From Synechococcus sp. (GTDB lineage Bacteria; Cyanobacteriota; Cyanobacteriia; Thermostichales; PCC-7336): 26,926 nt of DNA. A program made the position numbers and the translations under genes. Below are positions 1 to 8,332 of this stretch, in pieces. Within the stretch, counting starts at the first letter, position 1. Every line of letters begins with the position of its first letter. Under the pieces are notes generated by a model. The model made no database searches, was not told where the DNA came from, and worked only from the letters and a program-made list of their open reading frames with translations. Where the stretch lies: assembly GCA_051439605.1 (NCBI GenBank), contig JBFRWN010000026.1, positions 1 to 26,926 on the forward strand, given 5' to 3'.

Positions 1-107
1 TGCGCCAGCGAGTTTCACGCTTGGTACGCAAAACCCTCTCCTTTTCCAAAAAGCTCGAGAATCATATCGGAGCTATCTGGATGTTTGTCCACAACTACAA
101 CGCATCC

Positions 108-473
108 TTACTTGTCTAGGACTACCGGTTCGGTGGGGGAAAATAGCGCCAGGCACTCGCGAATCAACTCTTCTAGCCCCGCCATCTCTTGCAGGGCCAG
201 TTCTAACATTGACTGCCGAGCCCCCGGCTCGCCATCTTCGGGCAGCTCTAATAGCTCTAAGCAAACTTGAATAGCAGACAGAGGGGTCCACAGCTGATAG
301 CCAATTATTGCAATGGCTTCGCTCTCTAAATGCCCCAGTACCTCAAAGGGGGTGCGATTGCTCGGTTGAATTAAGCTCAAGCTACTACCAAAATCTATGT
401 TTGGAAGTTGCTCTGGAGATGGAAACTCATCATCTTGAAAGCTTTCTCGGCCCAATCGCTTCGCTCTGGCCAT
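108..473 (-). CDS. Stand-alone degenerate HisKA/DHp-like protein (phosphoacceptor His replaced by Tyr, no ATPase domain)
   Basis: IAIIGYQLWTPLSAIQVCLELL...RQSMLELALQEMAGLEELIRECLAL aligns by eye with the cyanobacterial kinase H-box IAITGHELRTPLSTIQVCLESL...RQVML..AL.DAERM..L..DFL.L. Stop comes right after the second helix. ATG at 473 chosen; the ORF is open to 524. Confidence 0.6.
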   Translation of the reverse strand: MARAKRLGRESFQDDEFPSPEQLPNIDFGSSLSLIQPSNRTPFEVLGHLESEAIAIIGYQLWTPLSAIQVCLELLELPEDGEPGARQSMLELALQEMAGLEELIRECLALFSPTEPVVLDK

Positions 474-647
474 GCTATGGATCTGGAGAATTCTTGAATA
501 TTCACAAATTCTTCTCAGGACCAAGCCCGATAAGCCGAGCGTGCAACCATGTTGCCCAATGTAACAGAAAAGTTTAACTTATGTTAAGAAGACTGATGTC
601 AGCCTAACTTTTTGCAGCTTCTTTTCAGCACGTCCCAGCACTAATTC

Positions 648-1361
648 ATGCATTCAATCCTTGTGGTTGACGACGATCCGACAATCCTAAGCTTGTTGCA
701 GTTAAATCTCGAGCAGGCGGGTTATGCCATTCATATGGCGACAGAAGGTACGCAGGCTCAAGCCTTAGCCCTTCAAGTACAGCCAGACCTAATTGTGCTG
801 GATGTCATGCTGCCGAACGTCGATGGTCTCACCCTCTGCCAGCGACTGCGGCGGGACAACCGCACTAGCCACCTTCCCATTTTGATGTTGACGGCTTTGG
901 GAAAGTCTGATGATATTGTCGCTGGCTTTCAAGCCGGAGCGGATGATTATCTAAAGAAACCATTTGAGCTAGAGGAGCTACTAGTGCGGGTCCGAGCGCT
1001 GTTGCGACGGGCTCGAAAACTTCCCAAGTCGGTCCAGCATATTGAAATTCTCACCTATGGCCCCCTCACCCTTGTACCCGAACGCCGGGAGGTGATTTGG
1101 TTTGGCGAAACCGTGAAGCTGACCCGCTCTGAATTTGAGATTTTGTTTTGCTTGATGCAGAAGCACGGTCAGAATGTGCTTTTGGGAGATATTGTTCGGG
1201 ATGTTTGGGGATACGAACCGCATGATGGTATAGACTTGGTCCGCGTTCACATCCGACACTTGCGTAAAAAGCTAGAACCGGACCCCAAACATCCCCAGTA
1301 CCTAACAACTGCCTATGGGATAGGCTACTGTCTTGAGCTTCCCCAGACGAGCCAATCTTAA
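648..1361 (+). CDS. OmpR-family response regulator, RpaA-like (probably a diverged paralogue)
   Basis: REC domain ([30 protein letters not shown]) plus winged helix. RpaA-typical strings [53 protein letters not shown]. Confidence 0.9.
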   Translation: MHSILVVDDDPTILSLLQLNLEQAGYAIHMATEGTQAQALALQVQPDLIVLDVMLPNVDGLTLCQRLRRDNRTSHLPILMLTALGKSDDIVAGFQAGADDYLKKPFELEELLVRVRALLRRARKLPKSVQHIEILTYGPLTLVPERREVIWFGETVKLTRSEFEILFCLMQKHGQNVLLGDIVRDVWGYEPHDGIDLVRVHIRHLRKKLEPDPKHPQYLTTAYGIGYCLELPQTSQS

Positions 1362-1392
1362 ACAGTTGTGACTCAGGCTGATAGAGATGAGT

Positions 1393-1758
1393 TTAAACAA
1401 GTTGACTGGTAATAACCCAATAAAACATGCTTAATGTCCCTATGAACAAAATGGAAGTCACAATCCATATCCCTATAGGTTTGGAGGGATGAAACTTTGG
1501 ATACAACTTTTTAGTAACAACTTTTCCTTGTCTAAGATGTTTCTCAGCAATGACAGGAACATCACGAGAGTGAAGGTGACAGTACCACGTTTCTTCAGGC
1601 AAAATCAGCACCATCGGACCACTGCCGCATTGTCCAAGACAACCTGAGGACTCCACGTCTACCTCGGGCAGGGTGCATGCTTGAAAAGCAACCAGAACTT
1701 TCTCAGAACCTTGTTGGTGACAGGTTACGTTCTGACAGACTCGAACGGTTTTTCGCAT
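1393..1758 (-). CDS. Thioredoxin-like (2Fe-2S) ferredoxin with C-terminal membrane anchor
   Basis: VRVCQNVTC...GS...SSGCLGQCGSGPMVLILPEETWY Cys pattern and hydrophobic tail IGIWIVTSILFIGTLSMFYWVI. ATG at 1758 preferred over TTG at 1821. Confidence 0.85.
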   Translation of the reverse strand: MRKTVRVCQNVTCHQQGSEKVLVAFQACTLPEVDVESSGCLGQCGSGPMVLILPEETWYCHLHSRDVPVIAEKHLRQGKVVTKKLYPKFHPSKPIGIWIVTSILFIGTLSMFYWVITSQLV

Positions 1759-1822
1759 TTGTTGAGTATCGGGACTTCGACGATCGCAGGTTGACACCCA
1801 TGCAATGGAAGCAGCGGCCAAA

Positions 1823-2263
1823 TCAATACTGTTTCAGTAGATATCGAATCAGATCTGTACTAGTGACCAGCCCCCTCAAATTTCCATCCTCATCAATAAT
1901 CGGGAGCGAGTGAAAATTCCCTTGCGCCAGAAGCTCCGCCGCTTCGCGAATCGAAGCAGTGGTCTGAAGAGTAACCAGGTTCTTCGACATGATGTCTTCT
2001 AAAGACAACTGATTGTCGAACACAGCATCATTGGAAGGGTCCTCTGAACCAAACTTGTCCAGACTCAAGTTCGCCAAGTCAAATGCACTCACTAAACCCA
2101 CCAACTGAGTACCATCGACTACGGGAACGTGGTGAATCTGATTCTCCTGCATGAGCTTTCTCACCTCGCTGGGTTTCTGCTCGCTCTGGGCGGTGAGAAT
2201 AGCGGTACTGGCAATGCGGATAACAGACTGATTCTTTTTCATACAACTCTTCATTATTTCCAA
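1823..2263 (-). CDS. CBS-pair protein
   Basis: LMQENQIHHVPVVDGTQLVGLVSAFDL and IMSKNLVTL...AAELLAQGNFHSLPIIDEDGNLRGLVTSTDLI. The true start may be ATG 2242 (MKKNQSV). Confidence 0.9.
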   Translation of the reverse strand: MEIMKSCMKKNQSVIRIASTAILTAQSEQKPSEVRKLMQENQIHHVPVVDGTQLVGLVSAFDLANLSLDKFGSEDPSNDAVFDNQLSLEDIMSKNLVTLQTTASIREAAELLAQGNFHSLPIIDEDGNLRGLVTSTDLIRYLLKQY

Positions 2264-2343
2264 TCTTGCAAGCTCAGAGATTTTGTGATGATAACAAGAG
2301 CTCTATTCAAAACTGCCAGACAGGGATTTTGATGCCTAATCAG

Positions 2344-2844
2344 TCATTGCAATACTTGGATGCACTCCTGACGAACAGTCTTGGAGGGGTTGCCTCTGTC
2401 TTCCGAGATAGCGCTGCCCTGTTCGCGAGTCGTTCCCAACTCTACTAAGGACATGCGCTTGGACTGTTCTACGCATAAAGTTGCCTTGATATCGCGGAGC
2501 GAAATGATGCCCAAGGGTTCGTTGCCAATGACGGGAGCGTACAGAAGAGGGGTGCTAGCAAACAGTCGGGCGACATAGTCTATGCTCATCTCCGGTTGCA
2601 CCGTCATGCAGGGTTTGGTCATGATTTCAGATACACGCACGGCTTCGGGGTTGTGGCCGAGGGTTGCAACTTTATAAATAATGTCATCTTTGGTAACAAT
2701 TCCGACAGAAAGGTCAGCGGCGCAAGGAGAGACCATCAATGCCCACAATCCTCTGTCTTTCATCAATTGAACGGCTTCCGCGACAGTGGCGGAGCCCCGA
2801 ATGGAAGCCACGTTGCTGCTCATGATGTCTTTAGCTCTCAGCAT
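2344..2844 (-). CDS. CBS-pair protein of the cyanobacterial CBS-CP12 family, CP12 part eroded or truncated
   Basis: MLRAKDIM...IRGSATVAEAVQLMK...GIVT..DIIYKV...P..VRV.EIMTKPC..V.P...YVARLFA matches the CBS-CP12 N-terminus. No AWD.VEEL motif before the stop. Confidence 0.8.
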   Translation of the reverse strand: MLRAKDIMSSNVASIRGSATVAEAVQLMKDRGLWALMVSPCAADLSVGIVTKDDIIYKVATLGHNPEAVRVSEIMTKPCMTVQPEMSIDYVARLFASTPLLYAPVIGNEPLGIISLRDIKATLCVEQSKRMSLVELGTTREQGSAISEDRGNPSKTVRQECIQVLQ

Positions 2845-2946
2845 AGGGTTCGCTCAGTTCAAATGAAGGTGTTGTTAAAGCAACTGGATGGTGAGGCGAT
2901 AAAGTTTTCAGACTGTTGTGCAGAGACATTCAAGCGGAGGTTGTTG

Positions 2947-3243
2947 CTAAGGGCTAGGTGGGTCTGGTGCGTACTCCTCGACAACATTTCCAGTTAGCGA
3001 GCAAGCAATAGGTAGGGCCCTTTGCCAGTTTGCTGTCATTCCCCCCGATCCAGAAAGGATTGTAGACCTTCGAACTGACCGTTGGGTTGTAGACCATCGA
3101 CCTAAACATCGTTCTAAGTATCCGCAAACTGGACATTCGATGCGCGTTACCCAGTTGCGTAGATAGGTGGCGTGGTTGCTCCTACCGCTGAGAATGGCAC
3201 GGCTGCCGCAATTGGGGCAATGAGTCGATTGAATTTGTTGCAT
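2947..3243 (-). CDS. Small cyanobacterial Zn-ribbon protein (family often mislabelled 'PriA') with an in-frame insertion
   Basis: HCPNCGS...TRIECPVCGYL...IACSLTGNVVEEYAP matches the family pattern CPNCGS...R..CP.CDYL.I.C..TG.V.EAYAP. Confidence 0.7.
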   Translation of the reverse strand: MQQIQSTHCPNCGSRAILSGRSNHATYLRNWVTRIECPVCGYLERCLGRWSTTQRSVRRSTILSGSGGMTANWQRALPIACSLTGNVVEEYAPDPPSP

Positions 3244-3719
3244 TGTCTGTACCCTCTTAACGATCGCAGCCTGTGGTTAAGCAGCAAAAGGTAGATGCAT
3301 GGGTCAAAAATGAAGTTAACGATGGCTACGTTGCCAGAGATAGGGTTTAAGTGCCTATAAACCGCATTATTTCCTCATAACCATTTAGGCATAAAGACTT
3401 TTACTGACAAGTGTTTATGCTACTCTGAGCGTTACATCCGTAAGTATAGACCGATTTTGCTGCCAGCAACACCTTGAGAAAAGAAATGCCGAGCAGCTCA
3501 GTTGGTGCAAATCATCGCGACGGATTCGTTGGCAATTAGGGTAACGAGCAAGTCTGTCAAGCTACTCTGTGAAAGAGCTTTTTCACCTCTGCGGTTTCGA
3601 TATCAGTTTTTAACCCTTTATGAGGCAGCGAGCCAAGATTTTTAGGGCTGAGCCAGGCATATCGCGAACGTATGCTAATGATTGCGTAAAATGCTGTTTG
3701 CTGTTGCGATGGATCTCCC

Positions 3720-5129
3720 ATGAGTACGCCTAAATCTGGACGAATCGAACGGGACTCGATGGGCGAGCGCCATTTGCCCGATGATGCATACTACGGCATC
3801 CAGACATTGCGAGCGATTGAAAACTTCCCCATTAGCGGCATTAAACCCTTACCGATTTATGTCGACGCATGTCTGTCAATCAAAAAAGCAGCTGCTACCG
3901 TTAACGCCCAACTGGGATGTATTCCTGCTGAGATTGGGGATGTTGTGGTGCAAGCTGCAGATGAGATTCTGGGAGGCCAGCTGCGAGAACAGTTTGTGGT
4001 GGATATTTACCAGGCAGGTGCAGGCACCTCTCACCACATGAACGTCAATGAAGTTCTGGCCAACCGGGCTTTGGAATTATTGGGTGACCGAAAAGGCAAC
4101 TACCAGCGGGTAAGCCCTAACGACCACGTCAACTACGGCCAGTCCACAAACGACGTCATCCCCACAGCCATTCGCATTGGAGCGCTACTATCCCTGCGCG
4201 ATCGCCTCTTCCCCGTATTGACCCAATTTCAAGAGGCTTTAGCGGCCAAAGCGGTCGAATTTGAAGAGATTATCAAGTCGGGACGGACCCACCTACAGGA
4301 TGCCGTGCCAGTGCGATTGGGGGAGGAATTTCGCGCCTATGCCCAGATTGTGGGCGATCGTCAGCGTGGATTGGAACAAGCAGCCCAGGAACTTAAACGT
4401 CTAGGCTTAGGAGGAAGTGCCTCCGGCACTGGTTTAAATACCCACCCGCAATACTGCCATGGCGTGACCCAAGCCTTGACTGAATTCACGGGGCTAAAGC
4501 TAGAGCCTGCCCCCCATCTGATGGCAGCGATGCAAAGTATGGGACCGTTTGTCGGGGTTTCGAACGCCCTGCGCAATCTGGCCCAAGACTGTACCAAAAT
4601 TGCCAATGACCTCAGGCTGATGGACTCAGGTCCCAAAACGGGTCTGAAGGAGATTCAATTGCCCCCCGTTCAACCGGGGTCTTCCATCATGCCTGGGAAA
4701 TACAACCCGGTGATGGCCGAAATGCTGAACATGGTTTGCTATCAGGTGATGGGGCTGGATACGGCGATCGCCTTCTCCGCTCAAGCCGGTCAGTTTGAAC
4801 TCAACGTCATGATGCCGCTGATTGCCTACGATCTCCTGCATTCCATCCAAATTCTAAGCAATGCTTTAGAAGCATTTACCAACCGATGCGTTCGAGGGAT
4901 TACCGCCGATCGCGATCGATGCCAAAGCTACGCAGAGGGTACGCTGGCTCTGGTGACAGCCCTCAACACCCACATTGGCTATTTGGCCGCTGCCGATGTG
5001 GCCAAAGAATCGCTTCGCACCGGCAAGCCCATCCGCGAGATCGTGTTGGATAAGCAGTTGATGCCAGAGGAAACCCTCAAGGAAGTTTTGAATTTGCAGG
5101 CAATGAGCCAGATTGTCCACCGGCTGTAG
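3720..5129 (+). CDS. aspA: Aspartate ammonia-lyase (aspartase/class II fumarase superfamily)
   Basis: RIERDSMGE, YYGIQTLRAIENF, QAGAGTSHHMNVNEV, GQSTNDVIPT, KSGRTHLQDAVP, GSSIMPGKYNPV signature loop. Aspartase versus fumarase activity cannot be proved from sequence. Confidence 0.85.
   Translation: MSTPKSGRIERDSMGERHLPDDAYYGIQTLRAIENFPISGIKPLPIYVDACLSIKKAAATVNAQLGCIPAEIGDVVVQAADEILGGQLREQFVVDIYQAGAGTSHHMNVNEVLANRALELLGDRKGNYQRVSPNDHVNYGQSTNDVIPTAIRIGALLSLRDRLFPVLTQFQEALAAKAVEFEEIIKSGRTHLQDAVPVRLGEEFRAYAQIVGDRQRGLEQAAQELKRLGLGGSASGTGLNTHPQYCHGVTQALTEFTGLKLEPAPHLMAAMQSMGPFVGVSNALRNLAQDCTKIANDLRLMDSGPKTGLKEIQLPPVQPGSSIMPGKYNPVMAEMLNMVCYQVMGLDTAIAFSAQAGQFELNVMMPLIAYDLLHSIQILSNALEAFTNRCVRGITADRDRCQSYAEGTLALVTALNTHIGYLAAADVAKESLRTGKPIREIVLDKQLMPEETLKEVLNLQAMSQIVHRL
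4198..4205. repeat. HIP1 octamer GCGATCGC (example; dispersed through the window)
   Basis: Also at 4764-4771, 5881-5888, 12964-12971 and many more. Cyanobacterial hallmark. Confidence 0.9.
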
Positions 5130-5226
5130 GCCAAGCCTGTTGGATCGGATATGGGGTCCCACTCAACGGGAATGCAATAGATGCAGCAGGGCTTTGCGGA
5201 ATACTCTCTTCCATATGCAGTTTGAA

Positions 5227-5269
5227 TGTGATGGAAGCTACAATCTCATCACCTTCGCTTGCCTACTGT
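5227..5269 (+). promoter_or_regulatory. NtcA-activated (class II) promoter upstream of ntcB
   Basis: tGTG-ATGGAAGC-TACa (GTG-N8-TAC variant, 5228-5241), then exactly 22 nt, then the TAN3T box TACTGT (5264-5269). ntcB is a known NtcA target. Confidence 0.7.
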
Positions 5270-5498
5270 AAACGGATAGCAATACCCAGTCCGCTCGGTC
5301 ATCCAATCCCTGGGTTGGATATAGCTATAGCGCCTCACTTTTCATTCCAGACCATCGGGATTCTGGCAGTAGAGCTCGCAGGTATTCGCATTGTTTAAAT
5401 ACAAGCGATTGTCTGTTTAGGCACATTTGCGTTGTCGGCAAATCTGTATCGATGGCAAGTTCCCCGAGTAGAACCTCATGCAATGGCAGGGCTAATTT

Positions 5499-6437
5499 AT
5501 GAGGCTCGAACAGCTTCAAGCATTCTTGGCGGTGGCTGAATCAGGTAGCTTTCAACAGGCTGCCCGCCAATGCAACATTACTCAATCAACAGTGAGCCGG
5601 CAGATTCAGTCGTTGGAGACCCAGTTGGGTTTGTCGCTCTTTCATCGATCGACCCCAGCCAAGTTAACTGTTGCTGGGGACTACCTGCTGGCCCGCGCTC
5701 GTCGGATTTGTCAGGAGTGGGAGAGTGCCACCCAAGAGCTGACAGAATTGGCAGCCGGGAAACAAACGGAACTCTGCATTGCCGCCATACAGTCCGCCTG
5801 CTCAACCTTCCTGCCCCCCATCCTGCAGCAATTTTGCCAAGACTATCCCGACGTACAGTTGCGGGTCACATCGTTGGGCAGCGATCGCGCGCTGAAAGTA
5901 TTGCGCGATGGTCTGGTGGATGTGGCAATTGTCATGCACAACCGTTGGATGACTGAAAAAGCTGAAACCAAAATTCAACGGCTATTTGATGAGCCGATTG
6001 ACGTGTTGCTAGCGGCAGACCACCCCTTAGCCGTTTATAGCCAAATCCCTTGGCGGGAACTGGCTCGTTATCCACAGGTGGTGTTCAAAGATGGCTACGG
6101 CATGCAGCGGATTGTACAGGAGCAATTTCAGCGTCAGGGACTAGAGTTGAGGGCGGCCCTAGAGCTGAATACCCTCGATGCCTTTCGGGGGATCGTCAAG
6201 CAGGGGAACATGGTTGCCTTACTTCCCCAGTCAGCAATCGCAACGGCAGCGGACGACCCTGCTTTGAGCTCTCGCCCTACCGAAGAACCGCGCCTCCTGC
6301 GCCAGGTGTCCCTCGTGACCACTCAAGATCGGTTGGAATTCCCCCCCATTCGACACTTTTGCCAACTGGTGCAGCAAAATCCTTACGCAATCTCAATGTC
6401 TTTGACTCCTCTAGTGGGGGTTGATGCAATAGTCTAG
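5499..6437 (+). CDS. ntcB: LysR-type nitrate-assimilation activator NtcB
   Basis: MRLEQLQAFLAVAE.GSFQQAA...TQSTVSRQIQSLE; RARRICQEW; VQLRVTSLGSDRALKVL.DGLVD; VFKDGYGMQR; ALELNTLDAFRG. Followed by cnaT. Confidence 0.9.
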   Translation: MRLEQLQAFLAVAESGSFQQAARQCNITQSTVSRQIQSLETQLGLSLFHRSTPAKLTVAGDYLLARARRICQEWESATQELTELAAGKQTELCIAAIQSACSTFLPPILQQFCQDYPDVQLRVTSLGSDRALKVLRDGLVDVAIVMHNRWMTEKAETKIQRLFDEPIDVLLAADHPLAVYSQIPWRELARYPQVVFKDGYGMQRIVQEQFQRQGLELRAALELNTLDAFRGIVKQGNMVALLPQSAIATAADDPALSSRPTEEPRLLRQVSLVTTQDRLEFPPIRHFCQLVQQNPYAISMSLTPLVGVDAIV

Positions 6438-6477
6438 TGTTCTGCGAGGGGACATTCAGATCTGTATCTGTACGTTT

Positions 6478-7548
6478 ATGAGCGATACGTTTCGTGAGCT
6501 ATTGAAGCTGGTGGGGAGCGGCACCCATACTGGCAAGAACCTCTCTCGGGAGCAAGCGGCAGCAGCTACTCTCTCGATGTTGAGGCAAGCGGCAACTCCG
6601 GCACAAATCGGAGCCTTTATGATTGCCCATCGCATCAAGCGACCCACCTATCTAGAAATTGCCGGCATGCTGGATGCCTATCGGGAACTCGGAGGACAGC
6701 TGCAACCCCTCTCGGGACAGCACTCACCCCTAGTGTTTGGCATTCCCTACGACGGTCGCAATCGAACAGCTTGCATTGCCCCAATCACCGCCCTGATATT
6801 GGCTGCAGCTGGCTATCCCGTGATTCAACACGGGGGCGATCGCATGCCCACCAAACACGGAGTCTGTCTTGTGGAACTCTGGCAGGCTTTAGGAGTGGAC
6901 TGGACTCACTTGTCGCTGTCTCAGGTCCAAGCGGTGTTTGAGCGCAGCTTGATGGGATTTGTCTATCAACCCCGCCATTTTCCCGCTGCTGAAACCTTGG
7001 TGCCCTACCGCGACCAAATTGGGAAGCGTCCCCCCTTTGCCACCCTAGAACTGGTGTGGAGTCCCTATGCTGGGGCAGCCACAACGGTGTCAGGATACGT
7101 TCATCCCCCCACAGAACAATTGCTGCAGAAGACCTGTGCAGAGGTGGGGGGCTATCAGCGGTTTGTAGCAGTGAAGGGCTTGGAAGGGAGTTGCGATCTC
7201 CCCCGTAACCGTACCGGCATTGTCAGCATCGATCTCCTTGATGGCTCGGAGCCAGAGCGACATTTTCTCCATCCCCGCGATTTTGGATTGGGGGGGGAGG
7301 AACTGCCTTGCCCCGAGGTTGAAGTTTGGCGAGAAAAGATGCAGGCGGTACTGCAGGGGGACCCCGGTGAATGGTTGGATACGGTGGTTTGGAACGGAGG
7401 CTTTTACTTATGGTTAGCGGGGGCAGTGCCGACGATTGAGGATGGACTGAGGGTAGCGAAGGATGCACTACTGAGTGGCAAGGTGTTGGCTTGCTTGCAA
7501 GCATTGCAAACAGCAGTCGCTGAAGTGCAAGCCCGAGCGGCGAATTAA
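6478..7548 (+). CDS. cnaT: TrpD/YbiB-like protein CnaT (nir operon regulator)
   Basis: FRELLKLVGSGTHT, ATPAQIGAFMIAHRIKRPT, GIPYDGR.RT, HGGDRMPTK.G, YRDQIGKRPP.ATLEL, GYVHPPTE, VKGLEGS.DL. Same ntcB-cnaT order as in Anabaena. Confidence 0.85.
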   Translation: MSDTFRELLKLVGSGTHTGKNLSREQAAAATLSMLRQAATPAQIGAFMIAHRIKRPTYLEIAGMLDAYRELGGQLQPLSGQHSPLVFGIPYDGRNRTACIAPITALILAAAGYPVIQHGGDRMPTKHGVCLVELWQALGVDWTHLSLSQVQAVFERSLMGFVYQPRHFPAAETLVPYRDQIGKRPPFATLELVWSPYAGAATTVSGYVHPPTEQLLQKTCAEVGGYQRFVAVKGLEGSCDLPRNRTGIVSIDLLDGSEPERHFLHPRDFGLGGEELPCPEVEVWREKMQAVLQGDPGEWLDTVVWNGGFYLWLAGAVPTIEDGLRVAKDALLSGKVLACLQALQTAVAEVQARAAN

Positions 7549-7588
7549 GGGTGTGGACGCTGCAGAACCGAATCCTCTGAAAAGCAAT

Positions 7589-8242
7589 ATGAAAAGCCAG
7601 GACGATCGGAGAAAGTTCTTGGATGCGATTGTCCTGGCGGGGGGGCGCAGTCGCCGCATGGGGCAGGACAAAGCACTACTGACCTACAAGGGGCAGCCTT
7701 TGTTGAAGACTGTGTGCGAGGTGGCGGCAAACTGTGCGCACAAAACCTACTTGGTAACCCCTTGGGAAGAGCGCTACGCTCAGCTTGATTTGCCTGTCCA
7801 GTTGGTCCCCGAACCCAAACCCGAAGCCGGAGAATCCCCACCGGGGCCGCTGGCAGGGTTTGCTCTGGGATTGCAACAGGTGCAGGCAGAATGGGTACTG
7901 CTTCTCGCTTGCGATTTACCGCATCTAGATACGGCAAGTCTATTAGAGGGTAAGCGTTTGCTGGTTGGGCGATCGCCCGAAACGCAGGCGTTTCTGCACC
8001 GCCATCCCAAGGGGTGGGACCCCCTATGTGGGTTCTATCGCTCTAGCTGTTTGGACAGTCTGCAAGCAGCCCTATCCGCCGGTACGCGATCGTTTCAGCA
8101 GTGGTTGTGCCACCAAGCGGTGAAGGAATGGCAGGGGGCCAACCCAAATATGTTTGTGAATTGCAATACCCCCCAGGATTGGAAACAGGCGATTGCTCCT
8201 CAAGGAACCGCACGAGACCGAGATAAAGACGGGGATTCTTGA
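7589..8242 (+). CDS. mobA: Molybdenum cofactor guanylyltransferase
   Basis: AIVLAGGRSRRMGQDKALL, GPLAG, LLLACDLP, PLCGFY, FVNCNTPQDW. ATG 7589 chosen to avoid overlap with cnaT. Confidence 0.9.
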   Translation: MKSQDDRRKFLDAIVLAGGRSRRMGQDKALLTYKGQPLLKTVCEVAANCAHKTYLVTPWEERYAQLDLPVQLVPEPKPEAGESPPGPLAGFALGLQQVQAEWVLLLACDLPHLDTASLLEGKRLLVGRSPETQAFLHRHPKGWDPLCGFYRSSCLDSLQAALSAGTRSFQQWLCHQAVKEWQGANPNMFVNCNTPQDWKQAIAPQGTARDRDKDGDS

Positions 8243-8332
8243 CAATTGTGCGATCGCGGGCCAATTTCCTAACTAAAAGAGACATCTAAGGCGATTCCCC
8301 CTTACAGTGAAAGAAGACATATCTGCTCACCC

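Noticed and set aside
1..42. Possible minus-strand gene start (AGGAG then TTG at 31, MRTKRETRWR)
   Set aside because: Only 10 codons are visible at the window edge; cannot be supported.
560..610. TAAC/TTAA repeats between the pseudo-DHp gene and the regulator (possible OmpR-type or Pho boxes)
   Set aside because: Spacing is irregular and the region is AT-rich; not distinguishable from chance.
3057..3103. CRISPR-like repeat
   Set aside because: Only two imperfect 20-mers with a 7-nt gap, and no cas genes.
2947..3243. PriA helicase
   Set aside because: Only a small Zn ribbon with no helicase motifs.
7475..7588. Longer start for mobA
   Set aside because: Overlaps cnaT and precedes the MobA homology region.
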